The translations under genes were made by a program, and so were the position numbers. DNA of 61,975 nucleotides, the filler included, from Clostridiaceae bacterium (GTDB taxonomy: Bacteria > Bacillota > Clostridia > CAYPLH01 > DUMO01), in NCBI GenBank assembly GCA_012839865.1. It is 8 parts of 8 records of this genome, joined end to end, with 100 filler letters (N's around TTAATTAATTAA, not from the genome) between each part and the next. Parts side by side here need not be neighbours in the genome. Positions count along the whole stretch, not along the records: positions 15,281 to 23,107 come from DUMO01000026.1; positions 23,208 to 29,047 come from DUMO01000027.1; positions 29,148 to 32,976 come from DUMO01000089.1; 5 more parts are not named here. One strand, given 5' to 3'. A model generated the notes under the pieces. The model did not search any database. It was not told where the DNA came from and saw only the letters and a program-made list of their open reading frames with translations. Below, piece after piece: positions 22,301-32,100 of this stretch (the stretch's first letter is position 1; every line of letters begins with the position of its first letter).

Positions 22301-22748
22301 CATCAACAGTATATCCCATAGCTCTTAATATCAAAGTGCAGTATGCTTTTCCAAGCAAAGCCCCCAATGGATCAATGGATCCGTCCGGCATACCTGCTAC
22401 AAGTTCGTTTTTTATACCATAAGCCATGTATTTTCTTGCCCATAATGCAATATTGTTGGCATCGGGAACTTTATTCAAAATGTTTGTAACTTCTTGTTCA
22501 CTCATAGCAAGAGCGTCATCTTCCAATCCCATCAATCTTATGAGCATCGCAACGCCTTCCTGCCTTGTAAGGGCAGCACCAAGGTTTGGAACAAATTCCG
22601 TTTCAGAGCTTCCCTTAAACAATCCTATGTCATACAGGGCTCGTGCCTGATTTTCATATACATAAGATTGTTCGGCCGCAGCAGGTGTTATTGTTGTAAG
22701 CATTATTGTCATTATGATTAATACTGCTGTGAATTTCTTCAATTTCAT
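19368..22748 (-). CDS. S-layer protein paralog A (signal peptide, degenerate SLH-like N-terminus, helical linker, Ig-like repeats)
   Basis: Signal MKLKKFTAVLII..AAA; LTRQEGVAMLIRL, LLGKAY, LIRDD; repeated ITITFTKPI/IRFLFSEPV/IEITFSEPM Ig-like starts. Confidence 0.85.
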   Translation of the reverse strand: MKLKKFTAVLIIMTIMLTTITPAAAEQSYVYENQARALYDIGLFKGSSETEFVPNLGAALTRQEGVAMLIRLMGLEDDALAMSEQEVTNILNKVPDANNIALWARKYMAYGIKNELVAGMPDGSIDPLGALLGKAYCTLILRAMGYTVDADGYQVAAATLSSIGGLTIQEALKFNDKPLIRDDLVGISHSALQAKYSDGKTVMAVLVEKKAVDEDKVIDMGLYPEGKAAREERERLEKEAEERAKAEKAAKDAAEAAVKLYEDADISTLELIAQAEVLKKIAEEKVSLVVNNTDKAIFNARLTAKTTAIESRKATLQTIKNAEDALLGYKNAPADTIEQIEAAEMLEDAARQAIAKLSDGDKKTSLLNDLEAHKAILDAKREAMQKTEVASVSSETLKTITITFTKPINPNSVKDTTVTSTTHAIAYRTLSEDGKTLHIDLANAVNQGDSVKIILEGIIDQTGLPLGRYEKTIELVDTTFPVPLGVEYVSRKKIRFLFSEPVSFTTYGVYKTTNKDNLNNKVEFKIDGLYAFAKFTPDKNYLEIEFMSPIEPGYHEVILSGITDYAGLPVKETMSYSFNAIVDVVAPKAMLVEAPDTGTLIITFDEEITVDGNPVVKVTEIGGDEVTINKSAMSVVNKTQLKISLSRRLTAASLIGFTVVVKDVEDTSGNKCIETSLSGVIADDTTPPKLLSYKVLENNNVQIVFNKEVDITSGKATIIDSKGNRTQKTISVGSDMDVEYDYVVITGLTSSNIADYILELEGITDKSIRRNPIDKIQIPFRTYDTIAPTIEFAVHKSENRIEITFSEPMMASTINNITSYFLRYGTELISLHDKGATVESISSDNRKVTLKIPKEINYDAIILLGAKDANGKDLTGPGSIFTMPKFISSTYDPVTISDLVYEVIEPRTIKLTFGKDASGNDLKPGYTFTDANISAFKFQLTNGESFDMGVIGAMITDNGRSIHVLTSVPFNSDCTVSKDENTRLGVFMWLAPGVKDMNDKDVIITGKKLVTDKLNAEQISTARDTNNSGRIILTFSEDVKYADALGSSSADSIMASGIDVKDSNGNTLVPIVDYTVSLSGRYLTITVSSSKKGDMSVTLIRPEFLTDNAGNAVVPLGTQVVRDVNE

Positions 22749-22980
22749 AATTTAACCTCCTATTGTTTAATCCTTTTATCTTTTGCATAAAAACACAGCC
22801 GTCATACTGCAAGATTAATTATATCATCCTGCTGTTTTCTCCTTCAACATTTAAGGTACAGTGTAATCAAAATGTAACAAGTATTCCAGTGTTTTCTTAA
22901 ACCGACAGGTACTTTTTACACCAAACCAACGCCTGTGGTGTTTTTTTTCTTGTCCGTGAAGCAGACTTATAACAAAGCCG

Positions 22981-23107
22981 GAACTATCCTCCGCAGTTTC
23001 TCAAACCTTAAATAGAAAAGCCGGAAGTTATTCCCCCCGGCTATTTAGACGTATCTCAAATTATTTTGTTCCATAAAAAAACAGGCCCGAAGGCCTGTTT
23101 TCTTTAT
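22981..23107. repeat. 127-bp exact reverse-complement copy of 32850-32976 (contig overlap)
   Basis: Base-by-base match, and both copies sit at contig ends. Confidence 0.95.
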
Positions 23108-23207
23108 NNNNNNNNNNNNNNNNNNNNNNNNNNNNNNNNNNNNNNNNNNNNTTAATTAATTAANNNNNNNNNNNNNNNNNNNNNNNNNNNNNNNNNNNNN
23201 NNNNNNN
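23108..23207. other. Artificial linker
   Basis: N44-TTAATTAATTAA-N44. Confidence 0.98.
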
Positions 23208-23326
23208 TTCAAATTCTTATGCCTTTTCAGCTCAATCGCAGTATAATACGTTGTAGTGCTTCCGGAATGATCTGCACAATTTAGAACTGTACAACTCAAG
23301 CCTGTTCCTGGCTGACTTGGACTCGT

Positions 23327-24343
23327 CTATTCCTCGGTTGCCTTAATCAGGCGGATATCATCACTTGCAAAACGGAAAATATTAAAGCCTCCAATTATCC
23401 GGGAGACAATTCTTTCATCATAATGCTCCCTTAGCTGCCTGGGGTTGAAATTCGTTGAAATGATGGTTTTGCATGGCTTTATCAGGTTGTTCATTTCTCT
23501 TATATTAAGTATGTTCAAAAATTCTGCATACCTTGCGTCGCTCCTTGGTTCAGTACCAAGATCATCAATTATTAAAAGTTCCACTTCGTATATATCGTTT
23601 AAGATGGGGCCTGTTTCCTCAAAGTTTTTATACATCATGACTTTTTTCTCACTGATTGTGTCAAATAGCTTGGGTGCTGTCTGATATAAAACCGTCCTGT
23701 TCTTGTTCAGTATTTCCCTGGCAACACAATTGGCCATAAATGTTTTTCCCGTCCCTGCAGGCCCGCAAAAGTAAAGCCCTTTCTCCCCGGGAATATCGAA
23801 TTTTTCAATAAATTCCATGCAAAAGGACTTGATTAGCCGGATATTCTCCCTGGGAGATATATCTATACCAAACTTCTGCTTGTCAACATAATCAGGATAA
23901 TAATTTATATTAAAATTGTCAAAATTCTCAGTATGGATAAGTTTCAAATTTGAATGCTTGTAGATGTAATCCAGGAGCTTCTGCTTAAAGCAGGCGCACT
24001 TTTTTGCACCTTCATCGGTCTGGATGTAGCCTGTATCGCTGCATGCGCTGCACTCATACTTGATTTTCAGAAAATCCGGGCTGTAACCATTTTCAGCCAG
24101 CAGTTTATTTTTTTGCTCCGTAAGCTCATTTAACTCATCCAGCAGCTCACGCACCTTTTCGGTATTTTCGTTAAGTATCGCCAGATTGTATCTTACTCCC
24201 AGCAACCTTATTTTTGATTCAATTTCCTTGAATCCGGGCACCTTTGCATAAATCTCTTCCTTTTTTCTCTCAAGATCTTCAAAGGCCTGCTTTTGTTTTA
24301 ATTCGTATTCACTCTTTAATGTGCTGAAAATACCCAAAGACAT
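23327..24343 (-). CDS. DnaC/IstB-like replication ATPase (helicase loader)
   Basis: CSACSDTGY..CAC zinc motif, Walker A GPAGTGKT, Walker B LLIIDDLGTE; downstream of a DnaD gene. Confidence 0.85.
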   Translation of the reverse strand: MSLGIFSTLKSEYELKQKQAFEDLERKKEEIYAKVPGFKEIESKIRLLGVRYNLAILNENTEKVRELLDELNELTEQKNKLLAENGYSPDFLKIKYECSACSDTGYIQTDEGAKKCACFKQKLLDYIYKHSNLKLIHTENFDNFNINYYPDYVDKQKFGIDISPRENIRLIKSFCMEFIEKFDIPGEKGLYFCGPAGTGKTFMANCVAREILNKNRTVLYQTAPKLFDTISEKKVMMYKNFEETGPILNDIYEVELLIIDDLGTEPRSDARYAEFLNILNIREMNNLIKPCKTIISTNFNPRQLREHYDERIVSRIIGGFNIFRFASDDIRLIKATEE

Positions 24344-24359
24344 ATTAAAACCTCACGGA

Positions 24360-25331
24360 TTATTTTTTGCTTATATTTTTGTACAGGTTGTCAAAATAAG
24401 AATCATCATGTTTTCTTTGCTCAAAGTTGCTCTGCGTTTTATGAGCTTCATTTGCCTTGCTGAATTCTTTTTTCTTTTTGCCCTCGTAAATAATTATTTC
24501 TTCTTTCTGGCGCAGGTTGTTGTTATACCATTCGGTGATTATTGCATCAATGTACCTGAAATTAGGATTTGTCTTGCCGGTGGTTTTCTTTAGAGCAAGC
24601 TCGATTATTTCAAAGTCATATTTATATTCCATGCACCATTTTTCTACGTATTCATCCTCGTATTCAGTCAAAAGCCTTGTTAATTTCAGCTTTCTGATAA
24701 TATTCCGCCTGATTTCCCTCAGCTTTTCATACTCCAGGTAATACTTGTCCACGTCAAAAGCATTTTTAATGCCTTTGTTGTACCAGCTTTCCGCAACCTT
24801 TTCTATGTAATTCGGGGATAATCCCTTATGGTCATAACAATGCTGAAACAGGGTGTACATTACATCCTCATCAAACTTGAACCTGTCAAACCAGTAATCA
24901 ATGTTGGTATACCAGGAGGGCGACATGACTCCCTGAAAAAAATTATTGTTAATTGCTGAGATTATGCTGTTTCTCTTTTTATTTCGCTCGGAGCTTAAAA
25001 CAGCTTCTTCGGGAGTTGAGCCCAGCTTCAGACGGTAGATTTTGTTGATTTCCTTTTCTTTAAGGTCGGTGAGTACAATGTTCTTGTCACTCCACTTTAA
25101 GGCCCCGACATTCTCAAGGTAACAAATTGCATTTTTAACCTCATCAATGCCAAGTTCAAGCTTTTTGGACAAGTCCTCAATGGTGGCCTGTTTGCCGTAC
25201 TTGCTCAGGAAAAGGCAATATATATACACCTTGACGAAATTGCCATTCATGGATGGCATGTATTCTGTAATGAAAATATCCGATACAAGAGTGTCCGAAT
25301 ATAATATTTTGTTGACAGACTCAATCTCCAT
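24360..25331 (-). CDS. DnaD-domain protein
   Basis: FITEYMPSMNGNFVKVYIY; two DnaD-like domains (YIEKVAESWYNKGI, FRYIDAIITEWY). Confidence 0.85.
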   Translation of the reverse strand: MEIESVNKILYSDTLVSDIFITEYMPSMNGNFVKVYIYCLFLSKYGKQATIEDLSKKLELGIDEVKNAICYLENVGALKWSDKNIVLTDLKEKEINKIYRLKLGSTPEEAVLSSERNKKRNSIISAINNNFFQGVMSPSWYTNIDYWFDRFKFDEDVMYTLFQHCYDHKGLSPNYIEKVAESWYNKGIKNAFDVDKYYLEYEKLREIRRNIIRKLKLTRLLTEYEDEYVEKWCMEYKYDFEIIELALKKTTGKTNPNFRYIDAIITEWYNNNLRQKEEIIIYEGKKKKEFSKANEAHKTQSNFEQRKHDDSYFDNLYKNISKK

Positions 25332-25566
25332 TTAAACCTCACCCAAATTTCGACCTGACAAAATTAATTATAACATTCATCCATTCAATTTACAACAAAC
25401 CCTGGAAGCAAGCCAGGAGGGCAGGTTGCTGTACAAACACAGTCTGACATGAATGAAATGTATGCAGGACCATAACCTTTTGGCTTCACCATCACTTTAA
25501 TTCCAAAATAATGGTATTGATTTTTTGATTTTTATGTATTATTATATAATGTGTTCACAAAAAGAT

Positions 25567-25643
25567 GCGCCATTAGCTCAATTGGATAGAGCGTTCGGCT
25601 ACGGACCGAAAGGCTTTGGGTTCAAATCCTGAATGGCGCGCCA
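25567..25643 (+). tRNA. tRNA-Arg(ACG)
   Basis: GCGCCAT/ATGGCGC acceptor, anticodon loop CT-ACG-GA, TTCAAAT, encoded CCA. Confidence 0.95.
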
Positions 25644-25733
25644 TAAATATTTAAGCGGTTCTTAATGGAACCGCTTGTTTTTTTGGAAAATTAGTTGTAA
25701 TGGTCTCTTTTGAAATCAAGCATCCATGATATT

Positions 25734-26567
25734 TTAACTTATACTATTTTCACCCTCTTCATTCCGCTCCTGGCTTTCTTCCGTTTGAAGCTTCCTTCCT
25801 TCCTGCTCATCTTCTTCCGGTTCGTGTTTTTCCTCCGGGCCATCCTTATGAAAGAATTTTTGCACCCACCTTATAATCCTGGTCCGGAACAAAACCCCTG
25901 CGGTAAAAAGAACAACTGCTGCAGAAAACAGTATTATCGCAATCAGGTACTGCTTTTGTTCCAGGCTTGCTCCCATCACGGTGGAGGCATATAATGCAGG
26001 CAGCCTGGCAAGAGTGCTTAAAATGATGAACCTCGCAGGCTTTACCCTGGTCAGTCCTGCAATGTAATTGAGAATATCCTTGGGTATTCCGGGAATGACA
26101 TAAAAAATCAGCATGATGCTTTCAGCTTTATCACTGTCAATTAGAAACTTGAATCTGGTCAGATTTTTCTTATCAATAAGCCTGCTTATCAGAGGGTATC
26201 CCAAAAGACGTGCAGTATAGAAAGTTATGGCGGTTCCAATCAATACACCTGCCAGAAGGTACACACTGCCCCACGGGGAGCCATAAATATAACCTCCTGC
26301 AATTTGTATCACCTCTCCCGGGATCCACGCAACCACAATCTGTATTATCTGAAAAAAAATAAAAACAGGGATGCTTCGGCTTCCAAACGAATCAAGCCAC
26401 TCCCTGAATTTTTCAGGATCCCTTGCAAGCTGTGATATTTCAGATTCATATCTGACTGTTACAAACACAAGTAAAAATATAAATACCGCCAGTGCAACAC
26501 CATATGCTATTAAAGGCAGTCCTTGCTTTTTGTCTTTGTTCTCCAAGTTACTTCCTTTGAACCTCAT
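25734..26567 (-). CDS. TVP38/TMEM64 (VTT/SNARE-associated) membrane protein
   Basis: QIVVAWIPGEVIQIAGGYIYG, IPGIPKDILNYIAGLT. Confidence 0.88.
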   Translation of the reverse strand: MRFKGSNLENKDKKQGLPLIAYGVALAVFIFLLVFVTVRYESEISQLARDPEKFREWLDSFGSRSIPVFIFFQIIQIVVAWIPGEVIQIAGGYIYGSPWGSVYLLAGVLIGTAITFYTARLLGYPLISRLIDKKNLTRFKFLIDSDKAESIMLIFYVIPGIPKDILNYIAGLTRVKPARFIILSTLARLPALYASTVMGASLEQKQYLIAIILFSAAVVLFTAGVLFRTRIIRWVQKFFHKDGPEEKHEPEEDEQEGRKLQTEESQERNEEGENSIS

Positions 26568-28467
26568 TTATACTGTTATTATTGATGTTTTTAAATGCAT
26601 CGTTTTCCAAAATGATGTCGGAGACTTCCAGTTCATTTAAAAGCAAATTTATTTCATCAATGTATTCTTCAAGGTCAAGTTCATTGCCGTTCCAATCGTA
26701 TATTGTTTCTTTAGCATTTATATAAATAAATTGCTTTGTCACTACATCATGATTTCTGAAAACCGCATACTCTCTCTTTGTGTTAAAAAGATCTTTTCCC
26801 ATGGCAAAGGGGGTCTTAATCCCCAGAATGTTGCAGATTGTGGGAAGTATGTCAATCTGCCCGCCAACAGTGCTGTTAACTCCCGCATCCTGCATTCCCG
26901 GCCATCGGATAAAAAGAGGCACCTCTTGAAGTTTTCTCCATTCCGGCTCATTCGGCTCAATTTGTAAAAGGCCGCTGATTAATTCCAATTCATCTCTTTG
27001 TATTGCTCCATGATCGCCATATAGTACAATTATTGAATTATCATAAAGCCCCTTGCTCTTTAAATCCTGAATGAAAGCACCTATTGCCTTGTCTACATAA
27101 TGAGCAGCCTCCAGGTAATTCCCAATCAAAGTGCCCTCCAGCTCCCCTGCATCTATCTCATCAAATTCTTGAAAATAACTGAAGGGATGATGGCTGGATA
27201 AAGTAATTATAAATGAATAAAAGGGTTGTTCACTCTGACTTAAAAACTCAGCTGTCTGCCTTAAAAACTCCTTATCCGAAAGCCCCCAGCCCAGTTCTTC
27301 GGTATTATCAAAATCATCTTTGCTCAAATATGAATCAAACAAAATTGTTTTGTAAAATTCATCCCTGTTCCAGTATTCCCTTTCAAACGCATGATATACG
27401 GAAGTATAATATCCCTCTTTCTTAAGCAGTGAAGGCAGTGATATGAATTTATTGTTTGGAAACCGGTAATATACCGAGCCGTTATCAACAGGATACAGGG
27501 AATTATTGCTCAAGAACTCTGCATCTGACGTGTTCCCGCCTGCAACCTGGAAAAACAGGTTGTTGAAATATACAAAATCATTTACCAGCCTGTTTAAGTT
27601 CGGGGTTACTTCCTTATCCCCTACTTCCAGGTTGATCAGAAAATTTTGAATGGCCTCCATCTGTACAACAATTACATTCCGTCCCTTTCCTTCTCCAAAA
27701 AATCTATCGCTTTCCTTCTGCCTGCCCTCATAAAATTTGGTTAACTTTTCCCTTTCTTCCACCGAAAGCTCTGTATCCTTCAGGAAATTTTCATCAACAA
27801 ACCTTACCATGTCGTAATAATGAAAATATAAAAGCCCTTCCTGACTGATTATATAATTGTCGTCGTTATATGCCATGGAATCCGCCGATGTAGCCCTATT
27901 TGAAAAATAAAAGGCAGAAATTCCGACCATAAGTACTAAAAGAAGCACCATGGCGGTTTTGGGAATATACCTTTTGAATTTCCATTTGCTTTTGATTGCC
28001 CTTGAGATTATTATCCAAAGCGGTAAATCCAAAAAAAGCAAAAAGTCCTTCGCTCTTAAAATGCTCACTACACTTTCCCCTGCTTCACCCGCAAGAGTTA
28101 CCAGAAACAGGACGGGTATTGTAATTGCCCTTGAAAAATACCTGAAATACAGTGTATCTGCAAAAATAATGAACGAGAAAATCAGGTTGGAGGCAACAAA
28201 GACTCCTCTTCGGTATTTATTGAATATGCATAGTACCAATGCTGAAAAGATTACCAACAAAAATAACGTTGTCAGAAACATACGCAGGTTTGCCTGTGAT
28301 AACAACGGATTAAGCACCAGGTTTGAGGTAAATTGAAAATAGCAGGTCTTGGCCAGCAATGAAACTATGAAAAAAATAGCAAAAATAATGTCCGCAAACG
28401 TAAGCCGGCGGGAATGTCTGTGGAGTTTTTTATTATCTTTTATATATAAAAAGGTTTTGCCTATCAT
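26548..28467 (-). CDS. LTA synthase family protein (sulfatase fold)
   Basis: 5-TM N-terminus; NVIVVQMEA, GGNTSDAEF, ITLSSHHPF, LYGDHGA. Confidence 0.9.
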   Translation of the reverse strand: MIGKTFLYIKDNKKLHRHSRRLTFADIIFAIFFIVSLLAKTCYFQFTSNLVLNPLLSQANLRMFLTTLFLLVIFSALVLCIFNKYRRGVFVASNLIFSFIIFADTLYFRYFSRAITIPVLFLVTLAGEAGESVVSILRAKDFLLFLDLPLWIIISRAIKSKWKFKRYIPKTAMVLLLVLMVGISAFYFSNRATSADSMAYNDDNYIISQEGLLYFHYYDMVRFVDENFLKDTELSVEEREKLTKFYEGRQKESDRFFGEGKGRNVIVVQMEAIQNFLINLEVGDKEVTPNLNRLVNDFVYFNNLFFQVAGGNTSDAEFLSNNSLYPVDNGSVYYRFPNNKFISLPSLLKKEGYYTSVYHAFEREYWNRDEFYKTILFDSYLSKDDFDNTEELGWGLSDKEFLRQTAEFLSQSEQPFYSFIITLSSHHPFSYFQEFDEIDAGELEGTLIGNYLEAAHYVDKAIGAFIQDLKSKGLYDNSIIVLYGDHGAIQRDELELISGLLQIEPNEPEWRKLQEVPLFIRWPGMQDAGVNSTVGGQIDILPTICNILGIKTPFAMGKDLFNTKREYAVFRNHDVVTKQFIYINAKETIYDWNGNELDLEEYIDEINLLLNELEVSDIILENDAFKNINNNSINEVQRK

Positions 28468-28784
28468 TTGAACTTCACTTCCTAACAAGTAACACACTTA
28501 AATAAAGCATCCCGATTACCCATTGCTTTAACCTTTTGACGAAGTATAATGGTGAATTAGTTCCGGAAAATCATTATAAAAGCATATAATTTGCTTTATT
28601 TTCCAGAATTGTACCACAATGAAGGTTATAAATCAAGGACCGCAGGGATATTTTTCCATGCAACCCTGGCCTACAGAGACTGCTTTAAACAAGAAAAGGG
28701 GGCACTCCAACACTCCCCCTGGCCGCCACCGGTCACGGTTACTGGCCGGAGAACCCCCCTTTGTTTGATTTTAACCCCATGACT

Positions 28785-29047
28785 CTACTTCATTAAACCA
28801 ACAATCTGGTTTACTAGAACAGCCGCCTGTGCTCTTGTTATTACTTCTTCCGGATAATACATTCCATCGGGAAAACCATTAACAATCCCATGCCTTGCCA
28901 GTCTTGCAATTGAATCAAAAGACCATCTGTCTGGGCTTACGTCGCTGAAGTTTATATCATCTTCTTCCTCATTACACGGCAACTCCTTAATCAGTCTATC
29001 TGCAAGCACTGTCATTTGCTCCCTGGTAACCGGCTTTTCCGGTTCAA
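28785..29047 (-). CDS. C-terminal SLH domains of a protein cut by the gap
   Basis: EPEKPVTREQMTVLADR...FSDVSPDRWSF...GIVNGFPDGMYYPEEVITRAQAA. Confidence 0.8.
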
Positions 29048-29147
29048 NNNNNNNNNNNNNNNNNNNNNNNNNNNNNNNNNNNNNNNNNNNNTTAATTAAT
29101 TAANNNNNNNNNNNNNNNNNNNNNNNNNNNNNNNNNNNNNNNNNNNN
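29048..29147. other. Artificial linker
   Basis: N44-TTAATTAATTAA-N44. Confidence 0.98.
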
Positions 29148-29172
29148 AAAAATTTTACAAGGAGGAAATCGC

Positions 29173-32100
29173 ATGAAGAATCTCAAAAAGCTAATGGCAG
29201 TCGTACTTGCAGTTGCAATGCTCGCAACTTCATTACTTACTGTCACAGCAGCCGGGGATCAATATAAGTATCTGGTAGAAGCTCAGAAGCTTTATGATAT
29301 GGGCTTATATCAGGGCGTATCAACAACCTCGTTTGATCCCGATCTCGGTTCATCCCTGACCAGAGAGCAAGGCTTTACAATGCTCGTGAGAATGTTCGGT
29401 GGTCAAAGCGCTGCTGAAGCTCTTTCAAACACCGAGATTAACAACACTCTCAGCCAGTTCAAAGACGCCAGCAGCATCTCTGACTGGGCAAGACCGTATG
29501 TAGCATTCGCAGTTAAGGAAAAAATGATCCAGGGAAGACCTGACGGAACAATCGGTCCGAAAGATGCTCTCCTCGGAAAAGACTATGCAACTCTTATCCT
29601 GAGAGCGCTTGGCTATGAGGTAGGCGCAGACGATTATCATGTTGCTTCAGCAATATTGGTAGACAAAGGCGGCCTCACAGCTGACATGGCACTCAAATTC
29701 AACGACAAGCCGTTGATAAGGGACGATTTCGTAGGAATTACCTTCGCAGCTATGAATGCAAAGGATACCAGCGGAGTTTCCATTATTGCAGCTTTAGTTG
29801 AAGCCGGTGTTGTAAGTGAAGCAAAAGCTCTTGCAAACGGTCTTTACACTGCAGAAAAGAATCTTGCTGATGCAAAAGCAGCAGTTGCAGCATTGCAGGC
29901 AGCAGCAAACAAGGATCTTACTGTAGAAGAAAATATTGCAGCAGCTGAGAAGCTCGTTGAAGGCACAAAAGCAGCAGTTGCAAAAGTTGAAGACGTTAAA
30001 TTGGAAAGCGATCTTGCAGCAGCTATAGCTAAGATTGAAGCAGCAAGAAAAGCTTTCAATGACAAACTTGCACAGAACAAAGCAGCTGAAGACGAAGTTG
30101 CAGCTCTCGAAGCAGCAGTTGCAAAGGATCTTACAGTAGAAGCAAACCTTCTTTATGCAGAAGGCTCAGTAGCTGGAGCAGAAGCAGCTGTTGAAACAGT
30201 TAAAGATGCTACTGTTAAAGCAGCTCTGAAGGCCAGAGTAGATGAGGCCAAAGCTAAACTTGCAGCAGCAAGAACATATCTTGATGCCAAGAAGGCAGTA
30301 GATGCTTACAAGGCAGCTCCTTACACTACTCTTGAAGAAATCGCTGCAGCAGAAGCTCTTGAAGCAGCAGCCAACACAGCAGTTGCCAAAGTAGCAGACG
30401 CTACCAAGAAAGCAGCTCTCGAAGCTGAAGTAGCAGCAAAGAAAGCTCTTGTAGCAGCAAAGAAAGCTGAAATTACACCTATAGCAGTTGAAAGTGTTGT
30501 TGCAAACAACCTCAAGGCTATTGTTGTTAACTTTACAAAACCTGTTGACAAGAATACTATCACTACAAGCACAGTTACAGTAGCAGGCCAGACAATAAAA
30601 ACAGCTCTTTCCAATGGAAACAAGACATTGACAATTGAGCTTGGTACTAAAGTTGCACAGAACGCAGCCGTTAAGCTTACTCTCAACGGAGTAAAAGATT
30701 CTAACGGTATAGCTCTTGCTAAATATGAACAGACAATTGACATGATTGACGTAACAATTCCTGTTGCTCAGTCAGTTAACTTTGTCAGCAAGAAGAAAAT
30801 TGAAATCATATTCAGCGAACCTGTAGACTGTGATACTGCCGGAATTTACAAGACAACTAACTCTGACAACCTTGGTGGAACCATTCAATTGAAGATAGAC
30901 GATGCATATGCATTTGCTAAATTATCCACCAGCGGAAACAAATTAGTTGTTGATTTCCTGAACAATCTTGCTGATGGCAACCACACAGTTTATCTGGCTG
31001 GTGTACCTGACTATGCAGGATTTAAGATGTCTCCTGCATCCTTCTCCTTCAACGTAACTACAGACAATGTGAAACCTGTTGCTACCAGTGTTGAAGCTAA
31101 GAGCACATCAGAAATTGTTGTTACTTTCAGTGAAAACATCACAATAGACGGGTCTCCTGTAGTTAAGGTTAAGGAAACCGGTGGATCTGAGATTACTATT
31201 CCTAAATCTGCATTGACTGCAGACAAGACCAGCTTGAAGATCGATCTCAGCGATATTCAGCGGCAACTCACAGCTGCAGCATTGGTAGGATTCCAGGTAA
31301 CCGTTAAAGATGTACAAGACGCAGCTGGCAACAAGTGTGACGAAGTTACTTTGAACGGTGTACTGGTTGATGATCAGACCCCGCCGACAATTGTAAGCTA
31401 TGAAGTGACGGACGACAATAAAGTTCGCGTTGTATTCAGCGAAGCAGTTGACGGAACACCGACCTTCAAGCTCTACAAGGCTGACGGTAAGGAAGACAAA
31501 GTTGAAATCACATGGGAAGAAGATAAAAACAAATATGACAATAAGGATGTAGACTACGACTATCTCATTGATATCGGAAAAGGCGAATCAAACATTGCAA
31601 GCTACACCCTTGAGATTAAAGGTCTTACTGATAAATCAATCCGTAAGAACCCAATGGGAACTGTAACATTGCCGATAACCACAAAGGATACAATTGCACC
31701 TGAAATCAAATTTGCAATAATTGTAGAGGGTCCTGCAATTGAGATTACATTCTCAGAACCCATGGATGCTTCAACAATTAACAATGTACAGAACTACTTC
31801 CTCAAAGTTAAAGGTGAAATTGTAACACTGATTGGAACCAAGGCAAAAATCAGTTCTATCAGTGCTGATAATACAAAAGTTGTACTGTCCTTGAAGGATA
31901 CCGGTATTGAACCACCGAGTAAGGATAATAATGACGAGATAGCTGTTATCGGAGCAAAAGATGCTAACGGTAAAGCGCTTGTTGGCGACGGAGCAACTAT
32001 TGCCAAAATGTTCCAGCTTGATGATGCATATAAACTAATTTCAGCCGATGATCTGGTATTCCAGGCAATTGCACCTAACAAGATTAAAGTTACATTCGGC

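Noticed and set aside
23327..24343. IstB-like ATPase as an IS21 element
   Set aside because: Paired with dnaD rather than istA and has no terminal repeats; this is the standard clostridial replication pair.
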